From positions 833-64,832 of the forward strand of contig JABHNK010000053.1 in NCBI GenBank assembly GCA_018694295.1: 64,000 bases of DNA, written 5' to 3'. The stretch comes from Waddliaceae bacterium (GTDB taxonomy: Bacteria > Chlamydiota > Chlamydiia > Chlamydiales > JABHNK01). Positions 44,441 to 52,476 of this stretch are shown in pieces (position 1 is the first letter of the stretch; each line of letters begins with the position of its first letter). The notes below the pieces were generated by a model. That model did not search any database. It was not told the origin of the DNA and was given only the letters and a program-made list of their open reading frames with translations. The position numbers and the translations under genes are program-made.

Positions 44441-44537
44441 AGCAATAACCTCATTTTTAAGATGTAATGATCAACGATTTAGGATAAATTTTCAATGAAA
44501 ATTGACAATTCGCATTATATTAGGTATCGTATAGTAA

Positions 44538-44610
44538 ATAGCGGATAGGAATAGCGTATAGCGGATAGGGATAGTTTTGTCTCCGAACTCCGAACTCTGA
44601 ACTCTGAACT
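44538..44610. repeat. mosaic short-repeat block (ATAGCGG/ATAGGA units plus CTCCGAA/CTCTGAA heptamers)
   Basis: ATAGCGGATAGGAATAGCGTATAGCGGATAGGGATAG..CTCCGAACTCCGAACTCTGAACTCTGAACT. The same modules occur at A-family 5' ends. Confidence 0.75.
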
Positions 44611-44629
44611 AATAAATTAGGAGATTATT

Positions 44630-45514
44630 ATGTTAAGAAGTATGACAGCATATGGACGCGGTGACGTCACCAGTGAAGCAGGACGCTTCGTTGTAGAGAT
44701 GAGTTCCGTCAACCGCAGACATCTCGATGTCAAAGTTTCGATGCCTCGCGAGCTACAACGTTTTGAAATAGACGTCAGGAAACATGTCGCAAGATCAACT
44801 TCGCGGGGGAGCGTCAGCGTGTATATCACAGCATACTACGATGATAAATCACCAAGGTCTGTAGTAGCAAACATGCCGCTGGTGCGACAGCTTCGCGATG
44901 CATGGTCAGCGATAAACGAAGAGCTGGGATATGAAAAAAAAGGCGTTAACCCAAAGCTTCTCCTCGAAGAGCAAGGCGTTCTTCTATATGACGATGATAT
45001 CGCCGACGAAGAAAGCTACCGCTCGGCGGTCCTTGCCGCCGTCGATAAAGCACTAGAAGGCTTCGTTTCAATGAAAAATGCCGAAGGCTCGGCCCTCAAC
45101 GACGACATCGTCGCAAGGATAGAAACTCTAGAGAAAACTGTCAGCGCCATAGAAAGCAATAGCACAGGAGCGACAGAAGCGTTCCGCGAGAAACTTCTCG
45201 CCAGGATAGAAGAAGTCGTCGCCGGCACCACAGAAAACGAAGAAAGAATACTCCGAGAAGTAGCGATATACGCCGAAAAGCTCGATATCACCGAAGAGAT
45301 AACACGCTTAAGGTCGAGTATAGCACAGTTTAACGGCATGCTCTCAGAGAAAAAAGACTCCGTGGGAAAGACTATAGAATTCCTCGTCCAAGAGCTAAAC
45401 AGAGAGATTAACACCATAAGCTCCAAAGCGTCGAGTGCCGAAATAGCAAAACTCGTCGTCATAGCAAAAAGCGAGCTAGAGAAAATCCGTGAACAAATAC
45501 AAAACGTAGAGTAG
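44630..45514 (+). CDS. yicC: YicC family stress-induced protein
   Basis: MLRSMTAYGRG N-terminus and the conserved C-terminal EFLVQELNREINTISSKA block. Confidence 0.88.
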   Translation: MLRSMTAYGRGDVTSEAGRFVVEMSSVNRRHLDVKVSMPRELQRFEIDVRKHVARSTSRGSVSVYITAYYDDKSPRSVVANMPLVRQLRDAWSAINEELGYEKKGVNPKLLLEEQGVLLYDDDIADEESYRSAVLAAVDKALEGFVSMKNAEGSALNDDIVARIETLEKTVSAIESNSTGATEAFREKLLARIEEVVAGTTENEERILREVAIYAEKLDITEEITRLRSSIAQFNGMLSEKKDSVGKTIEFLVQELNREINTISSKASSAEIAKLVVIAKSELEKIREQIQNVE

Positions 45515-45524
45515 CCAAAAAAAA

Positions 45525-46697
45525 ATGAAAGAAGCAAAAAAGTTTTTTTTGATGTTGATAGGCTTCCTCGCGTGTTTTTACCTTCCTGTGGAGTGGCTAA
45601 CTTTTAGAAACCCTATCTTTGAATCTTTGGCATTGGTGAAATGGTACGCCAGAGAGCATGTCTTGCTGTGCCTTGTCCCCGCATTTTTTATCGCAGGAGC
45701 GATTTCAACGTTCGTTAGCAAAGCTTCAGTAATAAAATATTTTGGCGTAAAGGCAAATAAAATTCTTGCCTACAGCGTAGCTGCAGTTTCCGGTACTATT
45801 TTGGCAGTCTGTTCTTGTACAGTGCTTCCTTTATTTTCAGGGATATATAAAAGAGGTGCTGGATTAGGCCCAGCTATAGCCTTTCTTTATTCAGGTCCAG
45901 CGATAAACGTTTTAGCGATTATTATGACAGCACGTATCCTAGGCTTTCAGCTAGGATTGGCAAGAGCGGTTGGAGCAATACTTTTTAGCGTTGTTATCGG
46001 GTTGATGATGCACTTGATATTTAATAAAGAAGAGAGAGAAAGAAGAGAAAAAGGAGAAATTCTTTCTGTAGAAGAAAAAAAAGGGAGAACATTGACGCAA
46101 GATTTTTTGTATTTCTTTTCAATGATAGGTTTTTTGGTTTTTGTTAATTGGGCAAAACCACAGAATGATGATAAGGACTTATGGGCATTGATCTTCAATA
46201 TTAAATGGTTTGTTTCTTTGGGGTTCCTGGTAGCGCTTTTTGCGATTATTGCAAAATGGTTTAAGAAGGATGAATTAAAAGGATGGACACAGGCTTCATG
46301 GAAGTTTGCAAAACAAATTATACCACTATTAATTGTAGGCGTATTTATCGCTGGATTGCTTTTAGGAAGGCCTGGACATGAAGGGCTTATCCCTTCTTCT
46401 TTAATATATAAAGCCGTGGGAGGAAACTCTTTAATGGCGAACTTCTTCGCTTCTGTTGTTGGAGCCTTTATGTATTTTGCGACTTTAACAGAAGTGCCAA
46501 TTTTACAAGGACTAATCGGTGCAGGCATGGGAAAAGGGCCGGCTTTGGCGTTATTGCTCGCAGGGCCAGCATTGAGTTTACCAAATATGTTGGTTATACG
46601 TGGTGTTTTAGGGACAAAAAAAACAATGACTTATGTTAGCTTGGTTATTGTTATGGCGACAATAAGCGGGATAATATTCGGAAGTATCGTAGGATAA
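45525..46697 (+). CDS. permease (UPF0718/ArsP-like family)
   Basis: 390-aa polytopic protein with the CSCTVLP motif and an internal two-fold repeat. Confidence 0.75.
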   Translation: MKEAKKFFLMLIGFLACFYLPVEWLTFRNPIFESLALVKWYAREHVLLCLVPAFFIAGAISTFVSKASVIKYFGVKANKILAYSVAAVSGTILAVCSCTVLPLFSGIYKRGAGLGPAIAFLYSGPAINVLAIIMTARILGFQLGLARAVGAILFSVVIGLMMHLIFNKEERERREKGEILSVEEKKGRTLTQDFLYFFSMIGFLVFVNWAKPQNDDKDLWALIFNIKWFVSLGFLVALFAIIAKWFKKDELKGWTQASWKFAKQIIPLLIVGVFIAGLLLGRPGHEGLIPSSLIYKAVGGNSLMANFFASVVGAFMYFATLTEVPILQGLIGAGMGKGPALALLLAGPALSLPNMLVIRGVLGTKKTMTYVSLVIVMATISGIIFGSIVG

Positions 46698-46738
46698 AAA
46701 AACAGGAAATATTTATAAAAAAAGGATAGTTATAATTT

Positions 46739-47326
46739 ATGGCATATAAATTATTAGGAAATAAAGACCGTGGCGCGGCGTTCGTCGTAAGCGGACCAGC
46801 AGGGACAGGAAAAAATACCCTCGTCGATAGACTCATCGCAGAATTCCCATGCGTAGTAGAAAGCGTGTCGTGTACAACACGAGACCCGCGTCCCAACGAA
46901 GTCCCCGGAGAACACTATAACTTCCTCAGCAAGGCAGATTTCGAAGAAAAAATCCTCCACGGAGAATTTCTGGAATATGCCGAGGTCTTCGGGAACTACT
47001 ACGGAACACTGGCAAGCACAGTAGAAAAAAAACGTGACGAAGGAAAGCACGTCTTCCTGGTCATCGACGTCCAAGGGGCGATGAACCTAAGAAAAGGCTT
47101 CGTAGCAACGTTTATCTTTATAGCTCCACCTTCACTAGAAGAATTGCGCCGCCGCCTTACAGAACGCGACACCGAACCACAAGAAAAAATAGAACAACGG
47201 CTCTCTATGGCAGACGGAGAGATGAGCAAAATCCCTGAATACGACTACGTTGTCGTTAACGACGACGTAGATATAGCATACGATACACTTAAAAGTATCG
47301 TCATAGCAGAAGAACATAAAGTTTGA
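46739..47326 (+). CDS. gmk: guanylate kinase
   Basis: P-loop SGPAGTGKNTL plus TTR..RP.E..G..Y.F. Confidence 0.93.
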   Translation: MAYKLLGNKDRGAAFVVSGPAGTGKNTLVDRLIAEFPCVVESVSCTTRDPRPNEVPGEHYNFLSKADFEEKILHGEFLEYAEVFGNYYGTLASTVEKKRDEGKHVFLVIDVQGAMNLRKGFVATFIFIAPPSLEELRRRLTERDTEPQEKIEQRLSMADGEMSKIPEYDYVVVNDDVDIAYDTLKSIVIAEEHKV

Positions 47327-47548
47327 ATTATAAAGGGCGAAATGGTAAACTCCCTTTAACAACTGACCTTATGCGCCACTTTCACTTTATTGGCTTGCTA
47401 CAAGGGCGATCTGCTGCGTATTTCTCCTCGCCCAGCTCTATTTGAGCTTGGCTCGTCGAAATATTTGCATCTCATCCCTTTCGCTATGCCACTAAAGCAA
47501 AATTGGCGCGTAACATCAGTTAGTAAAAAATAATAATTAGAGGGATCT

Positions 47549-47941
47549 ATGGGACTAAAAAATCAATTGACAGTAGAAAAACTTAGAAAGAAGTTCAAAA
47601 GCTCTTTCGACCTGGTAAGCTATTCGATAAAACTTACAAAAAATATCATAGATACAGGGCGACGTCCGCGCGTCACAATAAAAAGTGACAACCCAGCACG
47701 TATCGCACTAGAAGAAATAGCAGCAGGAGTAGATACCTTCGAAGAAGTCGTAGAAGAACAAGCCGACGAAATGATACTAGCACAACAAGGACTAGAGTCA
47801 GTAAAAGCAGCTATAAATGATGACGACACAGATACCGAAGAAGACGACACCGAAGAAGATACTCTCGAAGACGAAAAACTCGACGAAGACGAAGAAATCT
47901 TAGACGACACCGAAGACGACATCGAAGACGACAAAGAATAA
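47549..47941 (+). CDS. rpoZ: DNA-directed RNA polymerase subunit omega with long acidic tail
   Basis: Conserved gmk-rpoZ synteny. FDLVSYSIKLTKNII..PRV...NPARIALEEIAAG follows the omega pattern. The C-terminal ~50 aa are almost all D/E/T. Confidence 0.7.
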   Translation: MGLKNQLTVEKLRKKFKSSFDLVSYSIKLTKNIIDTGRRPRVTIKSDNPARIALEEIAAGVDTFEEVVEEQADEMILAQQGLESVKAAINDDDTDTEEDDTEEDTLEDEKLDEDEEILDDTEDDIEDDKE

Positions 47942-47968
47942 CACCACATCACACAAGAGGGAAGCCCG

Positions 47969-49645
47969 ATGCGAAAGAAAATACTTGTAACATCGGCGCT
48001 GCCTTACGCCAATGGTCCACTACACTTCGGGCATATAGCTGGAGCATACCTCCCCGGTGACACATATTCCCGATTCCAACGCCTTCAAGGTAACGACGTA
48101 AAATATTTCTGCGGATCAGACGAATACGGCGTAGCAATAACGATGAGCGCCGACATCGCAGGAAGAACACCACAAGAACACGTCGATATATACCACGAAG
48201 TCAATAAGAAATTCTTCGAGACACTGAACTTTTCCTTCGACCACTACTCGCGAACAACAACATCACACCACAAAGAACCTTCACAACAATATTTCCTCGA
48301 CCTCCTAGAAAACGGATATATCGAGAAAAAAGAGACGGAACAACTATACTCCGAAGAAGAAAAAAAATTCCTCGCCGATAGATACGTCGTAGGAATATGC
48401 CCGAAATGTCAATACGATAACGCCCGCGGCGACGAATGCCAGAAATGCGGCATGGCTTACGACGCTACAGACCTCATAGAACCACGCTCTAAAATAAAAG
48501 GAACACCGCTGACGCTTAAAAAGACAACGCACTGGTTCCTCATGCTCGATAAATTCAAAGATAAACTCCTCACATGGCTAGAGACAAAAAATTGGAAACC
48601 CAACGTAGTGAAATTCGTAGAGCACTATATCGAAGACCTAAGACCTCGAGCGATAACACGTGACTCAAAATGGGGGATACCAGTGCCTCTCGACGATGCC
48701 GAAGGGAAAGTCCTGTACGTATGGTTCGACGCTCCAATAGGCTATATATCGTCGTCAATGGAATGGGCAGAAAAACAAGGAAAACCCGACCTTTGGAAAG
48801 AATATTGGTGCGACCCAGACACCAAACTCGTCCAATTTATAGGAAAAGATAACATCCCTTTCCACGCCGTGATATTCCCGGCAATGACGATGGGACAAAA
48901 TCAAGATTATAAAATCGTAGACGAACTCCCAGCGAACGAATTCTATAACCTCGAAGGGAAGAAGTTCAGCAAATCTGAAGGATGGTATGTCGACCTCGAA
49001 GATTTCTTCACGAAATATACGCCAGACCAAATACGCTACACAATAGCATCTAACGCTCCAGAGACCTCAGACTCGGAGTTTTGCTGGAAAGCCTTTCAGA
49101 TGCATTGCAACGCTGAACTCCTAGGAAAATACGGTAACTTCGCAAACAGAACCCTCGTCTTCGCAAAGAAAAATTGCTCCTCCGCCGTCCCAAAAACACA
49201 CACCCTCACAACCATAGACGAAGAATTCCTCGCCGGAATAAAAAACCTCGCAGACAAAGCCGCTAACCACTACGAAACCTTCAGCATCAGAAAAGCCAGC
49301 CAAACAATAATGGAGCTAGCACAACTCGGTAACGTGTACTTCGACACAAAAAAACCGTGGGTCTCCGCAAAAGAAGGCGACACACAATCCCTAGAAACAG
49401 CGATAGCATGCTGTATAGAATGCCTCAAAACCCTCGCCATAATATCCTCGCCAATAATACCCACAGCAGCACAGAAGCTCTGGGAACTCCTCGGATATAC
49501 CACACCCCTAGCAGAACAAAACTGGAACTCCGCCATATCAACCACCGCACCACCAAAACAACAACTCCCACAACCCTCAATCCTCTTCAACAGAATCGAA
49601 GATGAACAAATCGACGCCGAGCTCTCAAACTTAGTGTCAAGCTAG
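47969..49645 (+). CDS. metG: methionine--tRNA ligase
   Basis: HIGH-type motif (PLHFGHIAG), KMSKS-type motif (KFSKS), zinc knuckle CPKC..CQKC. Confidence 0.95.
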   Translation: MRKKILVTSALPYANGPLHFGHIAGAYLPGDTYSRFQRLQGNDVKYFCGSDEYGVAITMSADIAGRTPQEHVDIYHEVNKKFFETLNFSFDHYSRTTTSHHKEPSQQYFLDLLENGYIEKKETEQLYSEEEKKFLADRYVVGICPKCQYDNARGDECQKCGMAYDATDLIEPRSKIKGTPLTLKKTTHWFLMLDKFKDKLLTWLETKNWKPNVVKFVEHYIEDLRPRAITRDSKWGIPVPLDDAEGKVLYVWFDAPIGYISSSMEWAEKQGKPDLWKEYWCDPDTKLVQFIGKDNIPFHAVIFPAMTMGQNQDYKIVDELPANEFYNLEGKKFSKSEGWYVDLEDFFTKYTPDQIRYTIASNAPETSDSEFCWKAFQMHCNAELLGKYGNFANRTLVFAKKNCSSAVPKTHTLTTIDEEFLAGIKNLADKAANHYETFSIRKASQTIMELAQLGNVYFDTKKPWVSAKEGDTQSLETAIACCIECLKTLAIISSPIIPTAAQKLWELLGYTTPLAEQNWNSAISTTAPPKQQLPQPSILFNRIEDEQIDAELSNLVSS

Positions 49646-49647
49646 GT

Positions 49648-49680
49648 AATGTCAAGGGTGCGCGGAGCGCCCTTGACATT
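49648..49680. terminator. bidirectional hairpin between convergent metG and the hydrolase gene
   Basis: AATGTCAAGGGTGCGC/gga/GCGCCCTTGACATT. The stem is near perfect. Confidence 0.7.
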
Positions 49681-49684
49681 GCTG

Positions 49685-50464
49685 TTAGATTTCGTTTTTT
49701 AGGAGGGCATAGAAGTCATCTTTTGATAGCTTTTCATGCCATGGAGTATGTCCGCAGTCGTTTAGTAAGATGAATTTAAAATTTTGTAGTGTTCTTGATA
49801 GCGGGGTTTTGACGCCTTCGTAAGGATGTGGGTCATAGTCGCCATGGATGGCGACGACGGGACATCGGACTTTTTCGCTGTAGCGCAATAATTCTCCGCT
49901 ACTTCTTAGCAGACTAGCTTCTTTATTAACTTTTTTATAGATGTCAGGCTGGAATTCAAGGCATGTATTATCATGAGGAATTGGTTGGTATGAATCTGTT
50001 ATAGAAATCAGACGTAAAATAGCGCTGGATGTCAGTTCTTTGCTGTCGTCTTCTGGATTATTCATTGAAGACAGTAAAGAGCTTAATTTTTCTTGATTCT
50101 CTTTGTCTAGACGAGACATCCTTGTTTTCATGATGTTGGCGGCGTATTTCGCTTCAAAAGGGCTGCTTCCTACAAGGATGAGTTTTTTGACATATTCGGG
50201 ATGGCGGGCAGTAAAAATAAATGACAGCATAGCTCCCCACGACCAACCAATTAAAGTTACGGGTTTTTTTGCATTTTCGTCCAAAGACGATTTCAGCTCT
50301 TCTACTTGGCCGTTGATGCTATTTTTCGTCTGTAGAGGCTCTAGGACGCCGTAGTCCGAAGATAGTTCCTTGGCGACAGGAGACATCTGTCCTGGCGCTC
50401 CTGGACCGCCGTGGACAACAACAACATTATAAGGTGCTTTTCCGTATTTTCTAGGATTTTCCAT
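49685..50464 (-). CDS. alpha/beta hydrolase
   Basis: HGGPG oxyanion loop, nucleophile elbow GWSWGA, HGDYD and CGHTPW complete the triad order. Confidence 0.8.
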   Translation of the reverse strand: MENPRKYGKAPYNVVVVHGGPGAPGQMSPVAKELSSDYGVLEPLQTKNSINGQVEELKSSLDENAKKPVTLIGWSWGAMLSFIFTARHPEYVKKLILVGSSPFEAKYAANIMKTRMSRLDKENQEKLSSLLSSMNNPEDDSKELTSSAILRLISITDSYQPIPHDNTCLEFQPDIYKKVNKEASLLRSSGELLRYSEKVRCPVVAIHGDYDPHPYEGVKTPLSRTLQNFKFILLNDCGHTPWHEKLSKDDFYALLKNEI

Positions 50465-50544
50465 TGTCTTTTAGATGTTATGTTTCATTTTGTTGCAAAG
50501 TATCTATAAAATAAAAAAACTTTCAAGGCCGAGTCTGAGGACAG

Positions 50545-50928
50545 TTATTGTTGCCGAATGATATAATTGAGGTTTTTAAGAGCAGCTTTAAGTGCTGCTG
50601 TAATCCTTTCAAAGTTTTTGTTGCCGTCGTAAGGACTAGCGATAAAATTAAGACAACGAGAACAGCATTCTTTTTCATCTACAAACACAGAATTTAAAGT
50701 GATCAACCCTTCGCTATGGTAATTGAGCAAAGCAGAAAACTGTTCGAAGCTTTTTCCTGTAGTGCTGATAAGAAGTAGCGCTCTTTCAATATCGTACAAA
50801 TTTCTACAAGAATAGTGATGAGAAGAATGTAGAGCTGGAACAACGACCACGACGTCACAAGAAACGGGTGTAATATTGTTTTGATTGAAGGGCTCCAAAA
50901 GATGTCTCCTAAATAAATGTCTGGTCAA
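50545..50928 (-). CDS. hypothetical protein
   Basis: 127-aa ORF between the hydrolase and Fic genes. No motif recognised. Confidence 0.35.
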   Translation of the reverse strand: MTRHLFRRHLLEPFNQNNITPVSCDVVVVVPALHSSHHYSCRNLYDIERALLLISTTGKSFEQFSALLNYHSEGLITLNSVFVDEKECCSRCLNFIASPYDGNKNFERITAALKAALKNLNYIIRQQ

Positions 50929-51045
50929 TGAAAATTATTGCAAAACTATAATTTGTCTGTACTAATAATTCAAGGAAAAGTGGACGGAAAAGGGGTATGG
51001 CCTTTTTCTTTTACGCCAGACTCCATTATGACCCCATTATTAATT

Positions 51046-51067
51046 TCTCATCGCCATCGTTTCGATG
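51046..51067 (+). repeat. B-family repeat, 5' hairpin fragment (B4)
   Basis: TCTCATCGCCATCGTTTCGATG equals the first 22 nt of the B copies. Abuts the Fic stop codon. Confidence 0.7.
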
Positions 51068-52159
51068 TTAATCAAGCAGAACCTGATACTTGTTAGCGAG
51101 CTTATATTTTCGTGCTTTATTTGAAGGGTCGACAATTTTTAAAAAACCGCATTCGGTCCATTTTTTGCACAGCGCTGAATTCGTTCTTGGCTTGAAGCCA
51201 AAGATTTCGCCTATCTGTCTGCTGGTAATGATGTCATGTTCTTTAAACAAATCCAGGGCTTTCCGCTGTTTTGGCTCTAACGTTCGCATCAAATCAGAAT
51301 AATCGCTTTCTCCTTTGTTTTGTGCCTTTGTCATCTGTGCGATGACTTTTTCAAAAGCGTAAGCCATGCCTCCGCAGAAATAATCAATCCAACCGGTAAT
51401 ATCAGACTCTGCGCGGCCGAGATAATAATTATGTGATGGGCCAATACTTATTGCATGATAGTATGAGAGAAGGTTTTTAGCATAATATTCTTCTAGAGAA
51501 TATAGGCCCTTTAGATCATAGCCTCCTAGATGTAAGATTAAAGTCGTTAATAATCTAGCTGTTCGCCCGTTTCCATCATAATATGGATGTATCGTAGCAA
51601 ATTGGTAATGAACTATAGCGGCAATAATTGGAATAGGCAATTCGTCATTTTCTTTAATCCAAGACACCATGTTGCGCATCAACCCAGACACGTCTTTGGA
51701 TTCGGGAGGCATATAAACAATTGTTCCCGTCCCGCTATCTTTAATAACGTTTTGGCCTTCGCGATAAGGTGTCGGTTTTACCTTTGAGCGTCCATTACTC
51801 ATAGCAAGAGAGTGCAATGTCTGTATAACTTTTTCTGTTACAGGATGATTTTGTGCAACATACTGTTCCAATTGAGCAAGTGCTGCATAATATCCTTTAA
51901 CTTCACGTTCGTCACGCTCACGACCAGGAAAATGACCTTTATGTTCTATAACATTTTTAACTTCATTAGGCTGTAGGCGATTACCTTCAATCATAGTAGA
52001 ATAATGAGTAGTTAATAGTTTGGTTGTTTCGCGTAGCGATGATAACACCGTGGGCGTTAGCGGCAAAAAGACTGCTTTTTCTTTGCATGCTTCAATACGC
52101 ATTAAATGCTTTGCGATTGTTGTTGTGATGGTATAGGTGGGCTTGAAATTTGTCGGCAT
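51068..52159 (-). CDS. Fic family protein (class II, intramolecular inhibitory helix)
   Basis: Fic motif HPYYDGNGRTARL. N-terminal [ST]xxxE[GN] inhibitory motif (STMIEGN). C-terminal wHTH. Confidence 0.9.
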   Translation of the reverse strand: MPTNFKPTYTITTTIAKHLMRIEACKEKAVFLPLTPTVLSSLRETTKLLTTHYSTMIEGNRLQPNEVKNVIEHKGHFPGRERDEREVKGYYAALAQLEQYVAQNHPVTEKVIQTLHSLAMSNGRSKVKPTPYREGQNVIKDSGTGTIVYMPPESKDVSGLMRNMVSWIKENDELPIPIIAAIVHYQFATIHPYYDGNGRTARLLTTLILHLGGYDLKGLYSLEEYYAKNLLSYYHAISIGPSHNYYLGRAESDITGWIDYFCGGMAYAFEKVIAQMTKAQNKGESDYSDLMRTLEPKQRKALDLFKEHDIITSRQIGEIFGFKPRTNSALCKKWTECGFLKIVDPSNKARKYKLANKYQVLLD

Positions 52160-52326
52160 ATTATACGCTCCATGGCGGCTTTATCTATATATCTTATTAT
52201 ACCGATAATTTGCCGATAAATCAAGCAAAATATGCCGATAACCTCAATTTCTTTCTAAAAACAGCCAAATTGACATAAATTCCAGTATTTAGCCGAACAT
52301 TTGAGATGATAATATAGTGCAATAAT

Positions 52327-52476
52327 TCTCATCGCCATCGCTTAGCGATGGTGATGACGGCGAAGACAAAGCAAAAGGGTGCAGGCGTTGCGCCTGTGCT
52401 CTTTTGCTTTGTCGCGGGGATGCAAGGGGACTTGTTCCCTTGCCGCGGGTGGCGGGGCGCGGAGCTCCGCCATTAA
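52327..52476 (+). repeat. B-family structured repeat, copy B3
   Basis: Alignable to B1 and B2 over their full length. Ends directly at the recD2 stop codon (TTA at 52477..52479). Confidence 0.85.

Noticed and set aside
47361-47521. Possibility that the long intergenic hairpin (or the 57.8-58.2 kb spacer) is SRP RNA, tmRNA or RNase P RNA
   Set aside because: I could not find the conserved SRP domain IV sequence (GGAAGCAGCC-like). I could not find a tRNA-like tmRNA 3' end (TTCGAATCC..CCACCA-like). I could not find the RNase P GAGGAAAGTCC block on either strand. I retain only a generic structured-RNA or MITE hypothesis.
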